Shown: positions 1-7,539, numbered from the stretch's first letter. The stretch is DNA of 12,478 nt from an uncultured archaeon (GCA_964549075.1 CAZJUB010000076.1:1-12478), one strand, 5' to 3'. Notes: generated from the sequence alone by a model not told the origin. Translations and numbers: made by a program.

Positions 1-2
1 TT

Positions 3-350
3 GATGCTTTGAAGAAAAAGAAATGGTGGCAAAAAGGAGATATCGATATGGATAGGGTTTTCCATAATGCTGAGTGGGTGAATATGGTTGAAGAAAATGA
101 AGCTTACCACAAAGCTAAAACTGATTCAAGGATTTCTATGATTCTTTCAATTCTCAGCATAGCTATTCCAATCTTTTTCGCATTTTCTCTAATAACACTT
201 CCAATGTCCATTAAAGCAAGAAAGAGAGAAGAAGCTAATAGAAAAAACACAATTGCTTTGGTGTTTTCAATAATTGGTACAGTAATAACAGTTACATTCT
301 TCGTTTTTGCCTTTGCTTTTACTCCTACTGGTTTAGGGTTTGCTCTTTAA
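3..350 (+). CDS. Hypothetical small membrane protein, probably 5'-truncated by the window edge
   Basis: Frame is open from position 3 (GAT GCT TTG...), so the TTG at 9 may not be the real start. Two hydrophobic helices (ISMILSILSIAIPIFFAFSLITL; TIALVFSIIGTVITVTFFVFAFAF) are separated by a basic loop (KARKREEANRK). Stop TAA at 348-350 is followed by a T-tract. Confidence 0.7.
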   Translation, partial: DALKKKKWWQKGDIDMDRVFHNAEWVNMVEENEAYHKAKTDSRISMILSILSIAIPIFFAFSLITLPMSIKARKREEANRKNTIALVFSIIGTVITVTFFVFAFAFTPTGLGFAL

Positions 351-362
351 TACAGCACCTAA

Positions 363-389
363 TTTTTTCCTTTTTTTAGAAAAAGAAAA
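363..389. terminator. Probable bidirectional archaeal T-tract terminator between the first CDS and convergent tRNA-Val
   Basis: TTTTTTCCTTTTTTT on + just after the stop, followed by an A-run (AAAAAGAAAA) that reads as a T-tract on the - strand downstream of tRNA-Val. Confidence 0.4.
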
Positions 390-449
390 TCAATAGTTTA
401 GCATTTCACATGTGATTCAAGAAAACATAAAATTGCTATAAGAAGTATG

Positions 450-558
450 TGGTGGGGCAGGGCGGACTTTCAGTTGTTTACTCGCAAGTAAACAAAATTT
501 GAACCGCCGACTTCCTCCACGTCAAGGAGGTATCATAGCCAGGCTAGATCACTGCCCC
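450..558 (-). tRNA. tRNA-Val(GAC) with a 31-nt intron at 59/60 in the T-loop; CCA encoded
   Basis: Minus strand: GGGGCAG-TG-ATCTAGCCTGGCTATGAT-A-CCTCC-TT GAC GT-GGAGG-AAGTC-GGCGG-TTCAAA[31 nt]T-CCGCC-CTGCCCC-A-CCA. Acceptor, anticodon and T stems pair perfectly. Confidence 0.95.
467..497 (-). other. Non-canonical tRNA intron (position 59/60)
   Basis: Intron TTTTGTTTACTTGCGAGTAAACAACTGAAAG. It has a 4-bp central helix TTCA/TGAA with 3-nt bulges AAT and AGT, plus a 9-bp internal hairpin TTGTTTACT/AGTAAACAA. Removal restores the T-loop TTCAAAT. Confidence 0.88.
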
Positions 559-814
559 TTTTACCGATAGGCTATATGCCATCTTTTTCTTTAATGATTT
601 CTTTAAATATTTTTTGTTATCATGCTATTATTTTATTCCATTTGATTTAACTTCAAGATTCAACAATTGGTTTTTCATTCCAATTATTAAGATAGATGCT
701 ATTTGTCTCTGTAGAGTTCTGTTAGACCTCTTTTCGTTTAGAATCTGTTAAAACATTCGAAAATTTCCGACTCAAACATAGATTCTTTGTTGTATTTTAA
801 TAATAAATATCACT

Positions 815-832
815 AGACAACATTTATAAAAA
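815..832 (+). promoter_or_regulatory. Putative TATA box (with BRE-like purines upstream) for the dpp operon
   Basis: AGACAACA-TTTATAAAAA, with TTTATAAA at 823-830, about 55-65 nt upstream of the candidate starts GTG884 and ATG893. Confidence 0.45.
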
Positions 833-883
833 CTTCAACTGTCTTTCTATCAAAGAATAGATTATACTATTCATTCCACTCGA

Positions 884-3505
884 GTGATAATTATGGATAA
901 AAGTGTAGCAATTTCTCTTAAAATTGTTGGATTTCTCCTAATCTTTATCGCAGCTTTTGTACCTTTGTATGGTCTTGATTTTAATTCAACATCAGCAGAA
1001 CCAGAACCTATTGTATTAGTGGACACACAAGTTATAGCTTATGATTTAACTGCAGTCTATTATGATAGTGGCTATGCCTATGTTTTGACAGCTGATGCTG
1101 GGATGATAGTAATAAACGCAACCGACCCGATGGCATTAGATTCAATAGGTATCTACAGTATAACTGGGAGTGCTAATGGTATATTCGTGGATAATGATGT
1201 TGCTTATATTGCAGACACCGATACAGGGTTAGAAACTGTAAATGTATCAGATCCAACGACACCAACAAGTTTAGGAGCTTATAGCATCGCAGGCGGTGCA
1301 AATAATGTATATGTTGCAAATAATTATGCATATCTTGTAGATTCAACAGTAGGATTACAAATTATAAACGTAAGCACACCAGCAACACCAACATTTGAAG
1401 GAGAGTATAGTATCTCTGGTGAGGTTAATAGTGTGGTGGTTAAGGATAATGTTGCTTATGTAGTAGACTCTACAGTTGGGTTATACATTCTAAATGTAAC
1501 TGATCCAACAGATCCAACTTTAATTGGAACATATGAAGCTGGTAATTCAGTCTATGATGTCGATGTCAGAGGTAACTACGCCTACATTGTAGGAGAGAAT
1601 ATTGGCTTACAATCCATCAATATGACTAATCCAAGTACTCCTTTGCTAGCAGGTAATTATCAATTATCTGGAATAGTGAATGGGGTCGATATAGATGATA
1701 AATATGCTTATATTGTCGATTCCAGTTATGGAATGCATATTATTTCAATTATTGATCCAACAAACCTTTTTCAAGTAGGATCTTTTGAAACTCCAACAGA
1801 ATCAGTAGCTCTTTTCATTAAAGATGGATATGCATATGTTGTTGAAAATGGAACCGGTTTGGAAGTTTATAGTGTAAGACCTCGTCTTTACAAAAGCAGT
1901 TTTGGAAATCTTGTTGAAATATACAGTTTCAGTCTTGATTATAAACTCATAACTTATGATAATGTCAACAATATCACATTATCACGTTATCAACAAGCAG
2001 AAACCCCAAGCGCTGTAATAATATTAGCCGCAGCAATTTGGTTCTCGATTCTCTTCGCCCTTATGGCTATAGTGCTAGGACAAGTTTTCCAGAGTGGGGA
2101 TTTGAAATCAAGAGGTATAATTGCTGATATCTCAGGTGGTGTGCTTTTGCTAGTATCTCTAATAGCTGCTGTATTAGCCATGAACCGGGCAATGATAATT
2201 GCGGCTCAAAGATATTCAGCAACAATCACGGGACAGACTGCTCTTACGCTAAACCCTATAACATTCAATCCAAATGATTCTCATCCGGCTTATTTCGATA
2301 TAGCATTATCTGGAAGTATTGAACCTGGTTTCTACTTATTTGTAATTGGTATCTTTCTGATGCTTACAGGTATTTTCTTACCAGTCGATTGGCAAAAGCC
2401 AACAGGATCTAAAATGAGTAGGAGAATGGGACAGACAGGAGTAATTAAATGGATCAAGAATGTAGCTTCGTTAAGATTAACGACATATGTTACAAGAAGA
2501 CTATTGACTCTTATTCCGCTATTCATAGCAATATGTATTATGACGTTTGTAATGGTAAGTGGAATGGGTGACCCAGTAGCCCTTCTTCTATTAGGAAAAC
2601 AAAGAGTAACAGAACAGGACAGAATAAACCTTACGCGTAAATTGGGATTAGATCAACCGATCTATGTTCAGTTTGTAGTTTGGTTCTATAATTTACTTCA
2701 TGGTGATATGGGTACCAGTTTCCAATCAGGTCAATCTATCAACGATTTGATTGGTGGACTAGTTTGGGAAACTTTGAAGTTACAACTAGCATCATTTGTT
2801 TTTGCTTTATTAATAGCAATTCCATTAGGAGTTTTAGCCGCTAAAAATCAAAACACATGGATTGATTCAGCTGCTAGTGCATTTGCACTGTTAGGCCTTT
2901 CAATGCCAATATTTGTTTTTGGATTACTGTTAATATACATATTCAGCGGTTACGGATTAGGATGGTTCCCAGCTGCAAAAGCTCATAGAGTACCGACCCC
3001 CACCCCAGTATTTAGTAATACGAACTGGAGCTTATTCTGGGGAGGTAACTTTTCAACGTGGTGGGCAAATATATCTGATAGGTTATTGGATTCAATCATG
3101 CACATGGTTTTGCCAACTATTGCACTAACCTTTGCATCTATCGCTCTCTATACTAGGTTAGTGAGATCAACCATGCTAGAAGTACTTAGACAAGATTATA
3201 TCCTATCAGCCAGAGCTAATGGTCTTTCAGAAAGAGCTATTACTTGGAGGCATGCTTTCAGGAATGTTCTCATACCTGTAGTTACCTATGTTGGACTATT
3301 TTTAGCTTCAGCTCTTGCAGGAGCTCCAATTACAGAAACACTCTTCTCTTGGCCTGGACTTGGATTTAAATATGTGAGTGCAGTAAATCTACTCGACTTT
3401 CCGATGATATTGGGGACGACGGCATTGTTAACGATACTGATATTATTAGGTAATTTAATAACAGATATAGCTTATGTTGCTGTTGACCCTCGAATAGAAC
3501 TATAA
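884..3505 (+). CDS. dppB: Peptide/nickel ABC transporter permease DppB/OppB fused to an N-terminal 4-TM module containing a LVIVD-repeat beta-propeller
   Basis: Residues ~533-873 are typical DppB (YVTRRLLTLIP, GDPV, LGLDQPIYVQF, GDMGTS, EAA loop QDYILSARANGLSERAITWRHAFRN, ETLFSWPGLG, DPRI). Residues 55-331 are seven 42-aa LVIVD-type repeats. Extra TM helices lie at ~10-28, 377-400, 411-433 and 482-499. One uninterrupted ORF; start is GTG884 or ATG893. Confidence 0.93.
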   Translation: MIIMDKSVAISLKIVGFLLIFIAAFVPLYGLDFNSTSAEPEPIVLVDTQVIAYDLTAVYYDSGYAYVLTADAGMIVINATDPMALDSIGIYSITGSANGIFVDNDVAYIADTDTGLETVNVSDPTTPTSLGAYSIAGGANNVYVANNYAYLVDSTVGLQIINVSTPATPTFEGEYSISGEVNSVVVKDNVAYVVDSTVGLYILNVTDPTDPTLIGTYEAGNSVYDVDVRGNYAYIVGENIGLQSINMTNPSTPLLAGNYQLSGIVNGVDIDDKYAYIVDSSYGMHIISIIDPTNLFQVGSFETPTESVALFIKDGYAYVVENGTGLEVYSVRPRLYKSSFGNLVEIYSFSLDYKLITYDNVNNITLSRYQQAETPSAVIILAAAIWFSILFALMAIVLGQVFQSGDLKSRGIIADISGGVLLLVSLIAAVLAMNRAMIIAAQRYSATITGQTALTLNPITFNPNDSHPAYFDIALSGSIEPGFYLFVIGIFLMLTGIFLPVDWQKPTGSKMSRRMGQTGVIKWIKNVASLRLTTYVTRRLLTLIPLFIAICIMTFVMVSGMGDPVALLLLGKQRVTEQDRINLTRKLGLDQPIYVQFVVWFYNLLHGDMGTSFQSGQSINDLIGGLVWETLKLQLASFVFALLIAIPLGVLAAKNQNTWIDSAASAFALLGLSMPIFVFGLLLIYIFSGYGLGWFPAAKAHRVPTPTPVFSNTNWSLFWGGNFSTWWANISDRLLDSIMHMVLPTIALTFASIALYTRLVRSTMLEVLRQDYILSARANGLSERAITWRHAFRNVLIPVVTYVGLFLASALAGAPITETLFSWPGLGFKYVSAVNLLDFPMILGTTALLTILILLGNLITDIAYVAVDPRIEL
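1046..1879 (+). repeat. Seven tandem 126-nt (42-aa) LVIVD-like coding repeats, predicted 7-bladed beta-propeller
   Basis: Consensus VxxVxVxxxYAYxVDxxxGLxIxNVxDPxxPxxxGxY recurs with exact 42-aa spacing. VDSTVGL is encoded at both 1337 and 1463. Confidence 0.9.
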
Positions 3506-3520
3506 CATGGAGAATGAAAA

Positions 3521-4780
3521 ATGCAAAAAGTACAAGATACAGTAAAAATTACTTTCGCACAGAGACTAGATGAATATTTAGTAGAACATAGATTGCCTAA
3601 ATCAATGTCTTGGGCCGGAACACTAGCAATATTATGGAAACATTATTACCTAAATTTTGCTGTAGAATTCCTAGTAATAGTGATTGGTCTTGGTGTTATA
3701 GTACCAGCTTTTGGTGTTTCTGTTCAAAACGTAGGATTTGGTTCATTTACAGGTTTGGGAGTCTATATCCTATTTGTAGTGGTGTTAGCACTGATTTGGG
3801 TAGGGGTTAAATTTGCTTGGAGCTATTACCGGAAATCAACAGCAAAGAAAGAAGTCATTATAGCAAAAGATGGAACTTTGAGAGAGAGAAGCCCTTCTCA
3901 ATGGTCATTAGTTTGGAGAAGATATAAGAAAAACAAAGTAGCAACACTTTCTGGTATATTAGTCATTGCTATCACAATTCTAGCTATCGCTTATCCAATT
4001 CTGATGCCTTTCAGTCCAGTGATGACTGAACCACTTTTTGATGCATGGAATGGTGGAGGTTCGCTCTCTAATCCTAATCTGAAATATCCAGGAGGTACTG
4101 ATATACTAGGAAGAGATGAATTCTCAAGGCTTTTAGCAGGAAGTGAAGTTTCCTTGACAGTCGGAGTTTTTTCATCTGTATTATCGGTTCTTATTGGAGT
4201 GACACTTGGTGCTCTCGCTGGATATTATAGAGGTTGGACAGAAGAGATAATTATGAGATTAACTGATATGTTTCTAGCTTTACCATTTCTTGTTATTGCA
4301 ATCCTTGCTGTTTCCTTCATTAGAAGAGGAAGATTAGTCTTTCTTAGACAGATACCACAATCCATAGTTATCATTGTAGTTCTTGGTGTTTTTGGCTGGG
4401 CAGGTCTATGCAGATTAGTGAGTGCTAACACGCGGCAAATTTACAATTTAGACTATGTAAATGCTGCAAGAGTGTTAGGTGCAAGCAATAAACGTATCAT
4501 TATGGTACACATTCTGCCAAACATTTTAGCTCCAATTATCGTTATTGCAACAATCTCTGTAGCTGGAGGAATTCTTTCAGAAGCAGGTTTAACGTTTCTT
4601 GGTTTAGGTAGTCCAACTACAATTTCTTGGGGACAAATGGTTAACGATGCACAAACGGTGCTAAAAACGAATCCCGAATTAGCATTACTCCCAGGTTTTG
4701 CTATATTCTTTGTGGTATTGGCCTTTAACTTACTAGGTGACGCACTAAGAGATGCATTAGATCCAAGATTAAGAGAGTGA
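3521..4780 (+). CDS. dppC: Peptide/nickel ABC transporter permease DppC/OppC with a ~120-aa N-terminal extension (two extra TM helices)
   Basis: OppC N-terminal motif SQWSLVWRRYKKNKVA, GTDILGRD, GALAGYYRG, EAA loop DYVNAARVLGAS...HILPN, EAGLTFLGLG, SWGQM, GDALRDALDPR. GGAG at 3509-3512 precedes the ATG. Confidence 0.95.
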   Translation: MQKVQDTVKITFAQRLDEYLVEHRLPKSMSWAGTLAILWKHYYLNFAVEFLVIVIGLGVIVPAFGVSVQNVGFGSFTGLGVYILFVVVLALIWVGVKFAWSYYRKSTAKKEVIIAKDGTLRERSPSQWSLVWRRYKKNKVATLSGILVIAITILAIAYPILMPFSPVMTEPLFDAWNGGGSLSNPNLKYPGGTDILGRDEFSRLLAGSEVSLTVGVFSSVLSVLIGVTLGALAGYYRGWTEEIIMRLTDMFLALPFLVIAILAVSFIRRGRLVFLRQIPQSIVIIVVLGVFGWAGLCRLVSANTRQIYNLDYVNAARVLGASNKRIIMVHILPNILAPIIVIATISVAGGILSEAGLTFLGLGSPTTISWGQMVNDAQTVLKTNPELALLPGFAIFFVVLAFNLLGDALRDALDPRLRE

Positions 4781-4786
4781 TATAAA

Positions 4787-5818
4787 ATGACTGAAAAACC
4801 ACTATTACAACTAAACGACGTATATACCTATTTCTATACAGAATCAGGAATAGTTGAAGCTTTAGATGGAGTTACCTTTAATGTAATGAAGGGAGAACCT
4901 GTAGGAATTGTCGGTGAATCAGGATGTGGAAAGACTGTAACCGCACATTCAACTTTAAGGATTCTACCTAAGAATGGAAAAACAGTTTCCGGAGAGATAA
5001 TTTACAAAGGAGTTAACTTGCTTGATTTACCAGATTTACAAATGCGAAAAATCAGAGGTCAAGAAATTGCTATGATTTTCCAAGATCCAATGACAAGTCT
5101 TAATCCTATTTTTAGAGTCTCTGAACAGATGACTGAAGTAATCTCACTTCACAGAAAATGTAGTAAGAAAGAGGCATTAGAATTAGCTATTGAATCTCTT
5201 AATCAAGTAGGTATTCCTGAAGCTGAAACACGTATAACAGATTATCCACATCAATTTAGTGGAGGTATGAGACAAAGGATACTTATTGCAAGGGCGTTAG
5301 CTCTGCAACCAAGTCTACTTATCGCTGATGAGCCAACAACTGCATTGGATGTAACTATTCAAGCACAGGTTCTTGAAATCATCAAAGATATGCAACAAAA
5401 ACTAGGTTTAGGAATGATGCTTATCACACATAATCTTGGTGTAGTAGCCGAAATTACTAAAAGAGTACACATATTCTATGGTGGTCGTGTTGTTGAATCA
5501 GGATACACTGAAGACATATTTGTTAATCCAAAACACCCTTATACTTTTGCTCTTTTTGAAAGTATTCCAAGCTTAGAAAAAGATAAAACTCGTTTAGAAA
5601 CTATTCCTGGGAATGTGCCTAGACTTATCAATCCTCCAAAGGGATGCCGTTTCCATCCAAGATGTAAATATGCAACAGAAGTTTGTTCTCGTATTCGTCC
5701 TCCCGAACACACATTTGGAAGAGGACGTAGAGTAGCATGCCATCACTTTGAAGAATTAGATTTGCATATAGGTGAAGAAGCTTTACGAGAACGTACAATT
5801 GTACAGGAGGAAACCTAA
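4787..5818 (+). CDS. dppD: Oligopeptide/dipeptide ABC transporter ATP-binding protein DppD/OppD
   Basis: Walker A GESGCGKT, Q-loop IFQDP, signature FSGGMRQR, Walker B LLIADEPT, H-loop ITHNL, and a C-terminal HPYT plus Cys motif GCRFHPRC...C...ACH. Confidence 0.96.
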   Translation: MTEKPLLQLNDVYTYFYTESGIVEALDGVTFNVMKGEPVGIVGESGCGKTVTAHSTLRILPKNGKTVSGEIIYKGVNLLDLPDLQMRKIRGQEIAMIFQDPMTSLNPIFRVSEQMTEVISLHRKCSKKEALELAIESLNQVGIPEAETRITDYPHQFSGGMRQRILIARALALQPSLLIADEPTTALDVTIQAQVLEIIKDMQQKLGLGMMLITHNLGVVAEITKRVHIFYGGRVVESGYTEDIFVNPKHPYTFALFESIPSLEKDKTRLETIPGNVPRLINPPKGCRFHPRCKYATEVCSRIRPPEHTFGRGRRVACHHFEELDLHIGEEALRERTIVQEET

Positions 5819-5819
5819 G

Positions 5820-6860
5820 ATGTCATCAACATTCGAAGAATATGAAAGAGTTGATTTATTCTCTAAATGGGATGCAAAAACTCAACCAATTATTACCATT
5901 AACAACATGAAAAAATGGTTCCCAGTTAGTCAACAATCTATACTTTTCTCTCGAGTTGTTGCTCATATCAAGGCTGTAGATGGTGTAAATCTTTTTTTGA
6001 ATAAAGGTGAAACACTAGGTCTTGTAGGAGAATCAGGCTGTGGTAAGAGTACAACTGCAAAAGTGACTGTAAAACTTGAAGAACCAACTGAAGGTTCTGT
6101 TTATTTCAAAGGGATAGATATCTTCCAACCTATGAATAGAGAAGAAGAACTTGCAGTTAAGAGACAACTCCAGATGGTATTCCAAGATCCTTACTCCAGT
6201 TTGAATCCAAGAAGAATGGTTCTTGATTTAATCAAAGAACCTTTTGACATACACTTTCCAGATATGCTATATGAAGAGAAAGAAGCAAGAGTTCTAGAAA
6301 TTCTCGCTAAGGTAGGATTAGAAGATTATCACGCTCTGAGATATCCTCATGAGTTTAGTGGAGGACAAAGGCAAAGATTAGGAATTGCCAGAGCATTAGC
6401 TATTCATCCAGAAGTTATTCTGTTAGATGAGCCTGTATCTGCTTTAGATGTTTCTGTTCAGGCTCAAATCTTAAACCTGCTACATGATTTACAGAAAGAC
6501 TTCAATTTAACATACATGTTTATAGCACATGATTTGAGTGTTATCAAACATGTCTCAGATAGAGTAGCTGTGATGTATCTCGGAAAAATTATGGAAATGT
6601 CCCCAACGGGGAAGCTGTTCAGAAAGACAGCGCATCCTTATTCAGTATCATTACTTTCTGCAATTCCTCGTCCCGATCCTCGAATAAAAATGGATCGTAT
6701 CATTCTGGAAGGAGATGTTCCGAGTCCAATTAATCCACCTTCAGGTTGTCCATTCCATCCAAGGTGTTATAAAGCACAAGAGATTTGCTCCAAAGTTACT
6801 CCTGATCTTGAGGAGATAGAGTCAAATCACTACTCTGCTTGCCATTTTCCAGAGATTTAA
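5820..6860 (+). CDS. dppF: Oligopeptide/dipeptide ABC transporter ATP-binding protein DppF/OppF
   Basis: GESGCGKST, VFQDPYSSLNPR, FSGGQRQR, LLDEPVSALDVS, IAHDL, HPYS, GCPFHPRC...C...ACH. Start placed at ATG5820 (1-nt gap after the dppD stop, AGGAGG at 5805-5810) rather than GTG5772. Confidence 0.95.
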   Translation: MSSTFEEYERVDLFSKWDAKTQPIITINNMKKWFPVSQQSILFSRVVAHIKAVDGVNLFLNKGETLGLVGESGCGKSTTAKVTVKLEEPTEGSVYFKGIDIFQPMNREEELAVKRQLQMVFQDPYSSLNPRRMVLDLIKEPFDIHFPDMLYEEKEARVLEILAKVGLEDYHALRYPHEFSGGQRQRLGIARALAIHPEVILLDEPVSALDVSVQAQILNLLHDLQKDFNLTYMFIAHDLSVIKHVSDRVAVMYLGKIMEMSPTGKLFRKTAHPYSVSLLSAIPRPDPRIKMDRIILEGDVPSPINPPSGCPFHPRCYKAQEICSKVTPDLEEIESNHYSACHFPEI

Positions 6861-6899
6861 TTTTTTTCTCTCTTTTCTTTCTTATTTTCTTTATTTCTT
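6861..6899 (+). terminator. T-rich terminator of the dpp operon
   Basis: TTTTTTTCTCTCTTTTCTTTCTTATTTTCTTTATTTCTT begins immediately after the dppF stop. Confidence 0.6.
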
Positions 6900-6942
6900 G
6901 ATAAATGCAGATGTTTTTATTTTAGAAATTTAAGATTGCCTT

Positions 6943-7539
6943 ATGCATGGTTCTAAATACTTCAAGAAACGCTCATACACTTTCAGAGCTTTTCTTAGAG
7001 ATAATCTTCAGATGTTTAAGAACAGATCAGAAATTAAACAAATGAAGAAAGCTGGTAGAGTAAACCCTCAATTTGAAAAGAGGATAATGCTAGCAGTTAC
7101 TGCTGTTAATGGTTGTCGATATTGTGAATGGGGGCACACTCAATCAGCTCTTAATCTTGGTTGTAGTGAAGAAGAAATTAAACATATTATGATACATGAT
7201 TTTGGTTCATGTGATCCAGATGAAGTTATAGGATTGGCTTATGCACAACATTATGCAGAAACAGGGGGGAATCCTTCCTCAGAAAATTGGGAAAGATTAA
7301 TGGAATATTATGGAGAAGAAAAAGCCAAAGATATCCAACTTGTTATAGAAATGATCACGATGGGTAATCTACTGGGTAACACTCTAGATGCCTTTGAGAG
7401 CAGATTAAAAGGAGTTCCTCCTGAAAAAGGATCTTTTCTTTTTGAATTATTTATTTACAGTCTTGCACTTCCTTTTGTGTTAATTTTCAATAAAAAATAC
7501 ACTAAATGGAAGATGTCTAGTAACCCTCATCCAAGTTAA
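6943..7539 (+). CDS. Carboxymuconolactone decarboxylase / AhpD-like protein with a C-terminal hydrophobic segment
   Basis: IMLAVTAVNGCRYCEWGH (CxxCxxxH AhpD core) followed by GCSEEEI; C-terminal helix SFLFELFIYSLALPFVLIF. Confidence 0.88.
   Translation: MHGSKYFKKRSYTFRAFLRDNLQMFKNRSEIKQMKKAGRVNPQFEKRIMLAVTAVNGCRYCEWGHTQSALNLGCSEEEIKHIMIHDFGSCDPDEVIGLAYAQHYAETGGNPSSENWERLMEYYGEEKAKDIQLVIEMITMGNLLGNTLDAFESRLKGVPPEKGSFLFELFIYSLALPFVLIFNKKYTKWKMSSNPHPS

Noticed and set aside
1046-1879. CRISPR array or diversity-generating retroelement explanation for the periodic sequence
   Set aside because: The repeats are degenerate in-frame coding units with no identical repeat-spacer pattern, no adenine-specific template/variable pair and no reverse transcriptase nearby.
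2414-2428. Internal ATGs (MSRRM) as the start of a separate dppB gene
   Set aside because: There is no upstream in-frame stop, so the sequence as given encodes one fusion; an additional internal start cannot be excluded but is unsupported.
1990-2526. Minus-strand ORFs 1990-2181 and 2332-2526
   Set aside because: Short antisense shadows inside dppB with no recognisable motifs.
3610-4431. ORFs 3610-3810 (+) and 4225-4431 (-)
   Set aside because: Alternate-frame or antisense ORFs fully inside dppC; the Cys-rich look of the first is a frame-shift artefact of Val/Leu codons.
5772-5819. Extended GTG start of dppF
   Set aside because: It overlaps dppD by 47 nt; ATG5820 follows the dppD stop directly and has AGGAGG upstream.
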